Source of the DNA: Fidelibacterota bacterium
GTDB taxonomy: Bacteria > Fidelibacterota > UBA8477 > JABMPR01
Direction of reading: 5' to 3'
Assembly (NCBI GenBank): GCA_013203185.1
Contig: JABMOS010000019.1
Coordinates: 4,405 to 68,404, forward strand
Length of the DNA stretch: 64,000 nucleotides
Both the position numbers and the translations under genes were made by a program. The notes beneath the pieces are model-generated. The model ran no database searches, was not told the DNA's origin, and saw only the letters and a program-made list of their open reading frames with translations. Below are positions 10,081-20,200 of this stretch, one piece after another (position 1 is the stretch's first letter; every line of letters begins with the position of its first letter).

Positions 10081-12024
10081 ATGAAAACTTTTATTGCACC
10101 ATCGCTTCTTGTCCTTTTCTTCATTGAGTTGCTTATCTCCTGCTCAGGCTCCAGCTTCAATTCTGATATCTGGGATAAGCATCCCTCAGAAAATTTTAAA
10201 CGGACCCAATCACCCTTTCCAGATAGCCCGGATGCCGTCGTCATTTTCGATAGAGAGGAAATCAAAGTTGACCCAGTTTATCATGACTTGCTGCACAAGA
10301 GGTATGTTCGTATACAAATATTCAGTGAAGCTGGGAAGGAGCATGCTAACATTGAAATTCCATATTGGTATTCAGATAAGATCTATGATATAAGGGCTCA
10401 AACAATCCTACCTGACGGCAGAAAGATCCAGCTGGATCCTGCTGATATATTTGACAAGGGGGTTGAAACTGGCTGGAGATATAAAACCTTTGCATTACCT
10501 GGTGTGGCGGCAAACTGTATTATTGATTACCAATATAGGGTACGGGACACCAATGCCAATTTTATCGGCCCAAAGTATTTTCAGAGTCAACTTTTTACTG
10601 AATATTCAAAACTGGTTTTGAGCATTCCTGATGAATACACCTATAACATCGCAGCATTGAATGCGCCTGCAGATTATATAGACCCAGAGGGTAAACTTCA
10701 TGCACTTACCCACAATGAGTATGAAAAGATCTATACATGGGAGTATAACAATCTTCACCCCATCAAAGATGTGGAGCACCTCTATAATTTGCCTGACCAA
10801 CTCTTCTCCCTGCATATGCAGATGGCTGTTTCCAGCCATCTGCCAATAGAAAAATCATTTTCGGAGCAATGGAGCAAACTTATTGAAATTTTGGTTGATC
10901 ATTATGACTCTTATCTTGACCCTGGGAATCGACTAAATGACCTTCTGGCAGAGGTTCCCATCTCGGATTCTGCTTCAGGAGTTTCTCCCAAGGATATCTA
11001 CCAATTCGTAAGGGATAATTTCGACCGGGAGCATTATTCTGGTATTATCACGGAGGAATTATCAGATGTGCTCAAGGAAAGGGCTGGAACAAAAGTTGAG
11101 AAGAATTTTTTAACGATTTCCCTATTACGTGTTGCTGGCTTTGAGGCTGACCCAGTTTTCATCAGCAGGCGCTCAAATGGAATCTTAAACGTTGGGTCGC
11201 CTACCCTGGAGAAAATAGATCATGCCCTGGTAAGGGTTAAGGAAAACGACCAATACACATTAATTGATGCCGGAAATGATTACGCCAGCTTCGATTATAT
11301 GCCAGCTGATAATTACTCTGGTATTGGTTTAATTCTAAGCTCGAATCCAGACTCAATTTTTTACCAATTCCCAGTGCGTCCCAAAGCCAGTCGAGAAGAC
11401 ATACTCACAACTGCGACAATTGATGATGACGGTAATCTTATAGGATCATTTGCTGTTCGGGCTACTGGCTTTTTTGCAGCTGAGATGAGGGAATTTTACT
11501 CGCTAACTGCAGAAGATAGCGCAAAGAGAAGTGCCCACTTTGCCAGGCTGATGCCGGAAATTCTGGTGGATAGTATTTCTCACAACACATCTCTAACGGA
11601 TCATGATAAAGCCATGACAACAACGGTCCACTTCCAAATACCTGGATTCTTAGATCTTTCAGGAGACCTCTGCTATGTCCCCACTACATATTACGGCAGG
11701 TTTGAGGCCAATGACTTAACTGCGGAAAAACGTGAACTTCCAGTTCAATTTGATTTCCCCTTTCATGTAAGAGAGACTGTTACAATTAATCTCCCTGCAA
11801 ACTGGGAAATAATAGAACTACCGAAAAATGTGAGTCTGAAAGGGCCGGGTATTGGATTTCAAAAACTATTTATGTCTCAAACAAATGGGTTCCAATTACT
11901 CTGGAGTTCACAGCTTGTAAAACTTCAACACCCCAATTCTAATTATCCAGTTTTGAAAAATTATTTCACCGAAGCTGTTGCCATAGATCAAAACAAGATC
12001 GTGGTGCGCAGGAAAAATCCATAG
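10081..12024 (+). CDS. DUF3857/transglutaminase-like lipoprotein, catalytic Cys replaced (pseudo-enzyme paralogue A-prime)
   Basis: Lipoprotein-type signal (ELLISC). Colinear with 6258..8201 over the full length, e.g. SPDAVVIFD / RYVRIQIFSEAGKE / AQTILPDGRKIQL / FALPGV. Core ERAGTKVEKNFLTISLLRVAGFEADPVFISRR...IDHALVRV...LIDAG has Lys in place of Cys. Confidence 0.65.
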   Translation: MKTFIAPSLLVLFFIELLISCSGSSFNSDIWDKHPSENFKRTQSPFPDSPDAVVIFDREEIKVDPVYHDLLHKRYVRIQIFSEAGKEHANIEIPYWYSDKIYDIRAQTILPDGRKIQLDPADIFDKGVETGWRYKTFALPGVAANCIIDYQYRVRDTNANFIGPKYFQSQLFTEYSKLVLSIPDEYTYNIAALNAPADYIDPEGKLHALTHNEYEKIYTWEYNNLHPIKDVEHLYNLPDQLFSLHMQMAVSSHLPIEKSFSEQWSKLIEILVDHYDSYLDPGNRLNDLLAEVPISDSASGVSPKDIYQFVRDNFDREHYSGIITEELSDVLKERAGTKVEKNFLTISLLRVAGFEADPVFISRRSNGILNVGSPTLEKIDHALVRVKENDQYTLIDAGNDYASFDYMPADNYSGIGLILSSNPDSIFYQFPVRPKASREDILTTATIDDDGNLIGSFAVRATGFFAAEMREFYSLTAEDSAKRSAHFARLMPEILVDSISHNTSLTDHDKAMTTTVHFQIPGFLDLSGDLCYVPTTYYGRFEANDLTAEKRELPVQFDFPFHVRETVTINLPANWEIIELPKNVSLKGPGIGFQKLFMSQTNGFQLLWSSQLVKLQHPNSNYPVLKNYFTEAVAIDQNKIVVRRKNP

Positions 12025-12039
12025 ATTTAGGTAAATAAA

Positions 12040-12061
12040 AGCCCCAACCGAAGTTGGGGCT
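12040..12061. terminator. Bidirectional terminator hairpin
   Basis: AGCCCCAAC-cgaa-GTTGGGGCT: perfect 9-bp stem with a GNRA-like loop, between convergent genes. A-rich upstream and T-containing downstream. Confidence 0.75.
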
Positions 12062-12086
12062 CATAATTTTGCATGGTTTGATACTC

Positions 12087-13790
12087 TTATTTAAGCAACA
12101 GCATCCTTTTAACTTCCTTAAAGGACCCGGCTTCAAGGCTATAGAAATAGGTGCCACTACTTAGCTCGCTGCCATCAAGATACAAATCATGTCTGCCAGC
12201 AGAAAAGTGTCCTTCAGCCAGCTTTGAGACTTCACGACCACTGATATCATACAGAATTAGACTAACCCTGCTGTCTTCAGGAAGTCCAAATGAAATAGCT
12301 GTCCTGGGGTTGAAGGGATTGGGAAAGTTATCTGCCAGGTAAAGCCTTTCAGGAAGCAGAGGAGCTATTACAGCAGCCTGATTTCGTCGAGCAAGAAATG
12401 TGGGATCCAATATCCCATAATTTTCACCAAAAATATATTCCAAACTTATATAGTTCGAAAAGGTCACCTCACCGCAATCAGGATCAGGTATGGTGAAGGA
12501 AAATGTATCATTAATAACATCAGGGGGTTCCAGGGTCATATTTGCTGTCCCACCCATGAGAGAAAACCCATCATCGAATAGAATTGAGACGTCAATACTG
12601 GTCTCTGCATCCATATGGGGACCAAAATCCTCAATGCCGCTTGAAGTGATGTCGCCGTTAAGACGATTCACATAAATTTCGAGTCCTGAATATTTACTAA
12701 TCTCGAAATAGGCTATATTCCCAGGGTTACGCGAATAAGTGATAAATACACCTGTCGCTTCATCGCTATAATCATAATACTCAAATCCATCTACAGTTTC
12801 ATAGGATGTCAGCCCTTCAATATCCAAAGCATAGGCTGATACGCCATCAGCGTAAAGCCTGAAGGAGATATCAAGACTTCCACCTGGTGTGGCTTCTTCT
12901 GAGGAACCCTCAAGAAAGAACTCATCTCTATTACCACCATTTTGCATTTCCTCAACATTCCCACACATCTCAATGGTTGCAAGACTGAACACATTGTCAA
13001 AATTCTCATAAGACATGCTGTATTCAGTTTCTCCTGGTGTTTGCGGGGGGATTACTTCAACATCAAAGGAGAAGCTATTATTGGTGAGATCAAATTCCCC
13101 GGGCGTGGCATCAGATATATCTACGGTAAAGGAAATGATTCCTGGTTCGCTAAAACTTAACCCGGTAAATATAACAGTTGTTGGCATTTCAGGGGAGATA
13201 TGTACGCCTGGCGTTGTCATGCTCACCCCATCTGCAGAAAGGTTCACATTTGCTATAGCACTGTTATCTCCCAGAACTTCCTGCAGGGTCGCATGAACAT
13301 TGAAAGGCTGGTCAACTTGAACAGTCAGGGGATAACCAACATCCTCTATGATGAGATCTGGGCGTAGGGTTACCTCTACATATTCTTTTAGCTTTACCTT
13401 CGTTTGGCCAACTTGAAATTTTACATCCACCTTGAGGGTGGCATAAAGGGGAGCTTCTGTCAGGGAGAACACAACCTGGTTATCCACTACTTCCAAATCC
13501 CGCTCATTAATGAGGTGACCACTGCCGTGACCTGAGGAGTGTTTCTTTCGGTGAATTTTTACTTTAATTTTTTCCAACTCTTCAGGTAGTGGAAAATTCA
13601 CCGGATCAGTGGTTATGAAATGGACCACCAATTCTGTATTCTCAGGCCCCATGAGGGCGGTCACATCCATACTGTATTCATTATTCCCATGGTCCTTGGC
13701 CGCCATAGCATTGCCTGGTGTCAAAAAGAACACGAGGGCCATGATACATAGGGTGGGCAGAATGAGGGCAGGTTTTCTAATCGCTAACAT
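12087..13790 (-). CDS. Secreted T9SS cargo protein of unknown function (CARDB-like domain, T9SS C-terminal sorting domain)
   Basis: C-terminus NFPNPFNPRTAISFGLPEDSRVSLILYDISGREV...GTYFYSLEAGSFKEVKRMLLLK is a typical T9SS type A CTD. PDLIIEDVGYPLTVQVDQPFNVHATL is CARDB-like. Start chosen at 13790 (AAGGAG 6 nt upstream, then signal peptide MLAIRKPALILPTLCIMALVFFLTPGNAMA); the ORF extends to 13829. Confidence 0.7.
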   Translation of the reverse strand: MLAIRKPALILPTLCIMALVFFLTPGNAMAAKDHGNNEYSMDVTALMGPENTELVVHFITTDPVNFPLPEELEKIKVKIHRKKHSSGHGSGHLINERDLEVVDNQVVFSLTEAPLYATLKVDVKFQVGQTKVKLKEYVEVTLRPDLIIEDVGYPLTVQVDQPFNVHATLQEVLGDNSAIANVNLSADGVSMTTPGVHISPEMPTTVIFTGLSFSEPGIISFTVDISDATPGEFDLTNNSFSFDVEVIPPQTPGETEYSMSYENFDNVFSLATIEMCGNVEEMQNGGNRDEFFLEGSSEEATPGGSLDISFRLYADGVSAYALDIEGLTSYETVDGFEYYDYSDEATGVFITYSRNPGNIAYFEISKYSGLEIYVNRLNGDITSSGIEDFGPHMDAETSIDVSILFDDGFSLMGGTANMTLEPPDVINDTFSFTIPDPDCGEVTFSNYISLEYIFGENYGILDPTFLARRNQAAVIAPLLPERLYLADNFPNPFNPRTAISFGLPEDSRVSLILYDISGREVSKLAEGHFSAGRHDLYLDGSELSSGTYFYSLEAGSFKEVKRMLLLK

Positions 13791-14101
13791 TGCAGTCTCC
13801 TTAAAAAGATATTCCCAGGGTTTTCTCAATAATTCTACAGACTCAGATCATAATTCCCATTGAATTGGGAAGAATTCAGAAGGATTAATCAGAATGGCTC
13901 AACTTAATTCAATTTGAAAGTCAATCAATTAAATTACGTGACTAATATTATCATCTTTAATTCGGATTATTTATACGCTCCCGAAATCAGAAAGAGTCGT
14001 GCACATGCAAATTGACATCTGGGATCAGGCTGTACTTCCTACGCCACTTTGGGAAGGCTAGGCTAGCATTTCCATATGAGATACTTTAGTTTGAGAGCCT
14101 T

Positions 14102-14971
14102 ATGAGCTTTTGGACCAGCATACTCGTCATACTTGTTTTACTCATCTTCATCACCCGCTTTTTTACCCTGAAAATGTATGCTCTCAAACCCAATAAACAT
14201 GATGATACCCCAGAAAAACTTGGCATTGGCTTTGAAGAAGTCCGGGTCCCTACAGAAAACAACAAAACCTTGTATGGGTGGTGGATACCTGCTGCCAAAA
14301 ATTCAAAGCACGCACCAACACTCATCCTGGTACACGGCTGGAGTCGAAACCTGGGACGTATGCTCCGCTATATCCAGCACCTTCATCCGCTAAATTATAA
14401 TCTCCTGGCCTTTGACGCCCGACATCATGGTTCCAGTGACCTGGATGACCACGCCTCCATGTACAAATTTGGAAGAGATGTCAAAGCGGCCGTACAATAC
14501 TCACTTTCACGCGATATTGATACGGACAGCATCGGTGTAATTGGTCTGTCAATTGGTGGCGCAGGCTCAACCTATGCAGCCGCCATAGAGCCTGCCATCA
14601 AAGCTGTGGTAACCGTGGGATCACCTGCACATCCTGTGGATGTCATGCAGCATGAATTTAAAAAGCATCATCTCCCCGCCTTTATCAGATGGCTCATTTT
14701 AAAACAGATCGAAATAAAAATTGGTGTTAAATATGAAGCCTTCGCCCCTGTAAACAATATTGCCCAGGCAGTGGCATCATTCCTGATCATCCATGGTGAG
14801 GATGATAAAGTGGTGCTGCCCTCTCAAGGAGATAAATTGAACAGGGCAGCCCGTCCAGGCCAATGTGATTATTGGCTAATTCCAGGGCGTGGACATTCCA
14901 ACTGTCACCATGAATCAGGGTTTTGGGAGCGTGTAGATACATTTTTTCAGACTAAATTTCAGAAAGGATAG
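14102..14971 (+). CDS. Membrane-anchored alpha/beta-fold hydrolase
   Basis: N-terminal TM helix. Nucleophile elbow GLSIGG, HGW oxyanion-type motif (LILVHGWS), C-terminal GRGHSNCHH supplying the His. Length and motif order are typical of alpha/beta hydrolases. Confidence 0.7.
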   Translation: MSFWTSILVILVLLIFITRFFTLKMYALKPNKHDDTPEKLGIGFEEVRVPTENNKTLYGWWIPAAKNSKHAPTLILVHGWSRNLGRMLRYIQHLHPLNYNLLAFDARHHGSSDLDDHASMYKFGRDVKAAVQYSLSRDIDTDSIGVIGLSIGGAGSTYAAAIEPAIKAVVTVGSPAHPVDVMQHEFKKHHLPAFIRWLILKQIEIKIGVKYEAFAPVNNIAQAVASFLIIHGEDDKVVLPSQGDKLNRAARPGQCDYWLIPGRGHSNCHHESGFWERVDTFFQTKFQKG

Positions 14972-14978
14972 GAAGATC

Positions 14979-15692
14979 ATGAATTTCAAATCTCGACTAC
15001 TAACCATATCAGTTTTAAGCGTTTTGCTTAGTCACTGTATCGCACCACAAAATCCACTGGCTGGGATTGATATTCCTGAGCCTGCCAATGCCGATGAAGG
15101 CTATTATTTTTTTAGGGCTGCCAGGATCGTCCGCTTCAAGCAGACAGATGATTTACTCCAGGCTAAACTTGATCTTGAGCGGGTCATCAAAGGGGATCAA
15201 CATATTCTATATCCAGAGGCATATCCCTTTTTAGTCGAGGTTTACAATCAGCTTGAAATCAGTGATAGTTCATCTTGGATTTATCCAGAAGCCTTTGCAA
15301 AAATGGAAGCAAATCCCAAACTATCGACCAAGTATGCAGATCAGTTTAAGGGCTGGCAAGAAGCCTACCCTGAATTTCCACCAGAATTTTTAGAAAAAGA
15401 CTACAAGCTTATGGATTCAGGGGCTGAGCCTGAGGGTGGTATGCAACGGTTTTATCAAATCCTCGAGTACCCCGAAATGGCTCAGGAAATGAATCGAACT
15501 GGCGTAAGCTGGTTTGCGATCATCATCGAAGCCGACGGCACGCTTTCTGATGTTCAATTATTGAAATCCAGTTATCCTGACCTGGATGAAGCCGCCTTGA
15601 AAGCTATTAATACAAGCAACTGGGTGGCGGCCAAATACCATGAGCGACCTGTCACCTTCCAAATCATATTGCCAGTACATTTTAGACTATAG
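14979..15692 (+). CDS. TonB C-terminal domain-containing periplasmic protein
   Basis: Signal peptide. The last ~85 aa (GGMQRFYQILEYPEMAQEMNRTGVSWFAIIIEADGTLSDVQLLKSSYPDLDEAALKAINTSNWVAAKYHERPVTFQIILPVHF) fit the TonB_C pattern (YP..A...G..G.V...F.I..DG...D..V..S....LD.AA..A......W..A......PV....P..F). Confidence 0.65.
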   Translation: MNFKSRLLTISVLSVLLSHCIAPQNPLAGIDIPEPANADEGYYFFRAARIVRFKQTDDLLQAKLDLERVIKGDQHILYPEAYPFLVEVYNQLEISDSSSWIYPEAFAKMEANPKLSTKYADQFKGWQEAYPEFPPEFLEKDYKLMDSGAEPEGGMQRFYQILEYPEMAQEMNRTGVSWFAIIIEADGTLSDVQLLKSSYPDLDEAALKAINTSNWVAAKYHERPVTFQIILPVHFRL

Positions 15693-15726
15693 ATCTATTG
15701 CGCTCATCAATTTAAGGGAATGAATT

Positions 15727-17109
15727 ATGAAGTATCCACCAGAACCGTTTAGAATTAAAACTGTTGAGGCCATCGCCCGCACCACGGATTGGGAGCGACT
15801 GGCTGTGATACAGGATGCTGGATATAATGTCTTCAATATTCCTGCAGAAAAAATTTATATCGATTTATTGACAGATAGCGGCACCAGTGCCATGAGTGAT
15901 AATCAGTGGGCTGGCATGATGAAGGGTGATGAATCCTACGCTGGCAGTAAAAATTACTTCCATTTTGAGGCGATGATCAACAAGATCTTTGGATTCAAAC
16001 ATGTGATTCCAACCCATCAGGGTCGCGTTGCTGAGAATTTGCTTTTTTCTACAATACTCAAGGATAAGAAGAATCTGGTTATCCCTAATAACAACCATTT
16101 TGATACGACACGCGCCAATGTGGAATACAATGGCGGCAGGGCTGCTGATCTGGTGATTGATATTGCCAAGGACACCCAGATTATTGATGATTTTAAGGGC
16201 AATATTGACCTGGATAAATTAGCCAGGCTTATTGAAGAAGTTGGGGCTGAGCGAATCCCCATTGGCATGCTCACCATTACCAACAATTCTGGCGGTGGTC
16301 AACCCGTTTCCATGGCCAATATCAGAGGAACTTCTGAATTGCTCCACAAACATGGCATTCCTTTTTATATCGATGCCTGTCGTTTTGCCGAAAATGCCTA
16401 TTTCATCAAGACCCGAGAAGCAGGTTATGAGAATAAGAGCATCCTGGAAATCGCCAATGAGATGTTCTCTTATGCTGATGGTTGTACCATGAGCGCCAAG
16501 AAAGATGCGCTGGTAAATATGGGTGGATTTTTCGCAACCAACGATGATGAACTGGCACAACAAATCACCAACCGCCTGATCCTGATTGAGGGGTTCCCCA
16601 CCTATGGTGGTCTGGCTGGTCGCGACCTGGAAGCCATTGCAATTGGTCTGGGAGAAGTTCTCCAGGAGGATTACCTGGCTTATAGAATTTCACAGGTGGA
16701 AGAACTGGGAGATCGACTTATAGACGCAGGTGTCCCAATCTTAAGGCCTACCGGTGGCCATGCAGTCTATCTGGATGCAAAAAACTTTCTACCCCATATC
16801 CCCCAATCTCAATTCCCTGGAATTGCCCTCACAGTTTCACTTTATACCCATGCTGGTATCCGAGCGGTGGAGATTGGCAGTCTCATGTTTGCCCATGAGG
16901 ATCCTGAATCAGGTGAGACCATTTATCCCGATCTAGAATTGGTACGATTGGCTATTCCTCGCAGGGTTTATACCAATAGTCAGATGCAGTATGTGGCAGA
17001 AAATATTATCGAGTTATATGAAGATAGAGAAAACATTAAGGGCTATGAGATCGAATATGAGGCTCAGGTGTTGCGCCACTTTACGGCGCGTTTAAAACCA
17101 CTAGGATAA
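15727..17109 (+). CDS. tnaA: Tryptophanase (beta-eliminating lyase family; tyrosine phenol-lyase not excluded)
   Basis: Near full-length colinearity with TnaA/TPL: YPPEPFRIKTVE, YIDLLTDSGTSAMSD.QWAGMM.GDE.YAGS, PTHQGR.AEN, GGQPVSMAN, PLP-lysine motif SAKKDALVNMGGF, RLAIPRRVYT. The FDTT motif (Asp rather than the Thr of the TPL FTTT motif) favours tryptophanase; this is recalled from memory. Confidence 0.8.
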   Translation: MKYPPEPFRIKTVEAIARTTDWERLAVIQDAGYNVFNIPAEKIYIDLLTDSGTSAMSDNQWAGMMKGDESYAGSKNYFHFEAMINKIFGFKHVIPTHQGRVAENLLFSTILKDKKNLVIPNNNHFDTTRANVEYNGGRAADLVIDIAKDTQIIDDFKGNIDLDKLARLIEEVGAERIPIGMLTITNNSGGGQPVSMANIRGTSELLHKHGIPFYIDACRFAENAYFIKTREAGYENKSILEIANEMFSYADGCTMSAKKDALVNMGGFFATNDDELAQQITNRLILIEGFPTYGGLAGRDLEAIAIGLGEVLQEDYLAYRISQVEELGDRLIDAGVPILRPTGGHAVYLDAKNFLPHIPQSQFPGIALTVSLYTHAGIRAVEIGSLMFAHEDPESGETIYPDLELVRLAIPRRVYTNSQMQYVAENIIELYEDRENIKGYEIEYEAQVLRHFTARLKPLG

Positions 17110-17117
17110 TCACAAAT

Positions 17118-17192
17118 AAAAAGCCCCTCGCGTCTTCCTGAGGTGTCATGCTGAGCTTGTCGAAGTGCTCTCGAAGGACGTGAGGGGTTTTT
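17118..17192. terminator. Long hairpin terminator between convergent genes, containing a REP-like inner motif
   Basis: Outer stem CCCCTCGCGTCTT (17124..17136) pairs with AAGGACGTGAGGGG (17174..17187), followed by TTTTT and preceded by AAAA. The loop carries GTCATGCTGAGCTTGTCGAAG. Confidence 0.7.
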
Positions 17193-17209
17193 CTCATCAA
17201 AAAATTGAA

Positions 17210-20200
17210 CTATTTAAGCAGCAACAACTTCCTGGTCTGGAGGTTATTCCCAGCCTGGACGCTTAAGAGATAGAGTCCAGCACTCACAGGTCTCCCAGAC
17301 TGATTCACACCAGCCCATACCATTTCATGATAGCCTGCTTCCTGACTGTTGTGATCCCATGATTGAACTTCTCGGCCATTCACATCAAAGATCTTAACCT
17401 GAACGTCTGAATCATCAGCCAGCTCGTAGGAGATGGTTGTGGCAGGATTGAATGGATTGGGAAAGTTCTTATGCAGGGCAAACTTTGCTATGCGAAATTC
17501 GATATCTTCCAGAACAATGGAAGTTGGTGTATAAGCGGATGTATAAGGAATATCAGTAAGACGATAGTCATATTTTACACCTGGCTTAGCCGTTTTATCA
17601 TAATAGATATAATCCGTTCTGGAGCTGGTACTTCCTTGTCCCTGAAGACCTTTATCTTTGGTATGATCAGAGATGAACGTCCAGTCATCAGTGCCAGACT
17701 TACGACGCTCAAGCATGAATCCAAGATTCTCAGTTTCAGACTCAGTGGCCCACTTCAGGACCATTTGACCCTTGACTGTGGATGCATTGAAAAAGGAGAG
17801 CTCAACAGGTAACGAATTATCAGCTAATGGAAGTGTTGGACTACTTACTGCCGCTTTGTTTGAGACTACAGCCCGCATACGAAAATCATGTTCTGTTATA
17901 GCCACCCATCCAGGACCCTGATCCTTTGAAGATCTGTTACTGATATTGGTTACTGCTTTAACCAAGGTAAAGTCGCCTCCCGAAGTATTATCCAGAACCA
18001 AGTGGAAATTCGTTGTCGCCGCAACACTCACCCCAGCAGCCGTCAACGAGACATAATTCCAGGTAAACTTGGCAATATCCGCACACGGAAGTTTTACTGT
18101 AGATCCCACTTTTGTACCGGGAATCCCACTGGCATCAGACCAAATTTCAAAAGATATGGAATCACTACTTGGAACTGTTTTGTGGGGATAAAAAAAGGCT
18201 CCCGTCACATCACCAGCCCCAGCCTCCCCAGTGCTAAATTTTACCGCTTCTTTCACAGTGTTACCAAATCCTTGATAAGCCGCAGTATCAACATCCCATA
18301 CATCATATGAGAGGGTCTTATGATTCAATGAGGTGGAACCACCAGCAGCAGCCAGTGCTTCAAAAATATTTAACTTTCCATATCCCCATTCAGTGTTGGG
18401 AACTGTACCTGTATATGTATCAGTATCAGCATTTTCATATAGGAGGGTCTTGACTGATGCAGCAGAAAGTGAAGAAGTGTGCTCTAATAGCAAGGCCACA
18501 GCCCCAGAAACGGATCCTGCAGCTACACTGGTGCCCTGCTCCACATGATATTTATCTGCAACAATTTCGAAGGCAGCAGTTGGTGTATAATCTTTAGAAG
18601 TGGTTGTAATCACCCCTTGGCCATGCGTCATGATGTCTGGTTTTTGAACCCCCAGCGTACGTGTGGGTCCAAAACTACTAAAGTAAGCATGGTCATCTGT
18701 TCCGTCTGGCTCATCTACACCTGCTACGCCGAGTGTTACATAACCCCCTGTAACCTTCCACCGCCACCTGGATGCATATGCGCCAACAGTGATGGCTGAA
18801 CTGGCGCTGCCAGGAGACGCAATCGTATAATTATGATCCCCAGCATCCCCATCTGATATGGTCGCCCCCATATTACTATCGTAGTGCAACCAAGCATGAT
18901 AGATCATATCGGATGTAGAGGCAGGAGTAGTAGTATCATTCGTTAACTGTAAGGTCCAGGTACCAGCATAAATATCTGCATTCCAATCAGCTACCAGCAG
19001 CTCGGTCATCCTATCCCCATTACTGTGATCAGTAGTAATGATGTTATTCATATCAACAAGATTATCCCCAATCGCCTGCCATCCCCCTGCATCTGTGCCA
19101 CTTGTTTTTGTTTTGCTGTAGGTACTGCCTGGAGAGACCAATGTAATAGTAGCATTGTCACCACTATCCCACCACAACTCTAACTTAAATTGATTGCCAC
19201 TAGCTGCTGTATTATCTGGAATCTCTATATAAATATTTTCGGTTGAACCATCAGCCACTACTCCAGTCACATGAATGTTTTCATTCCCAGCGTTCCCAGC
19301 AGCCACCACTGCAACTCTTCCAGCAGCAGTCCCATTAGAGGTAAAAGTGTTAACCGCGGCATCAAGAGTGCTGGTCCCATCATGGGCATTGGTCTGGCTG
19401 CCTAGACTAAGATTGACAACCACAGGTTTCTCAAGATCTGCTGCAATCTCTTTAGCATAAGTCAGTGCGTCTATAACATTGTTATTCTCAAAACTATCCG
19501 CCCCTGCTCTTACCACAATAATGTCAGCCTTGGGAGCAAGCCCTTTGTATTTTCCGTTTAATGCTGAAGCGCCATTCCCCGCAGCTGCGCCAGTGACCTC
19601 AGTTCCATGTCCATTGGTATCCTTGGTCCGAACAAAACCAGGTGAGCTGGCAAATTCATTTTCAATATGTGTCTTGGTATATTCAACCCCATAATGTAGA
19701 CCAGCAAAGTCAGATCCAGCTCTTCCAGCAGGAGTTTGCTCTGCTCCAGTAGAATCTAAGGTTTGATCCCAGATATACAGAATGCGACTCGTGGTGGGTG
19801 TATCTGGATCACGGAAATCTAGGTGTGTCCAATCAATTCCTGTATCGATAACCAATACGATGACACCGGTACCCTCATAAGCCGTACCCCCTAGATAACC
19901 ATCCTGAACCAAATCAGCTCCAGATAAGCCTACCGCCAGGTCATTGAGAGGATAAAGTATGTCTCCCTGAAAAACACTGGTGACTGCGTCAATTTCGGAG
20001 AGTTGAAGCAATTGTTCCCGAGTGAGTCTGGCCGTAGAAAAACCGGGGTAGTCAGAATTGGTTTGAATCCCGGCGGCTTTCACCGCTTCAATATCTGTAC
20101 TCCTAATTGTTACCGGATACAAGACTTCCTCTGAAGGACCTTTTACTGTCCGGGCTCTTGAAAGCGGAGTATCAACTAACTGTATATCTTTTGAGCTTCT

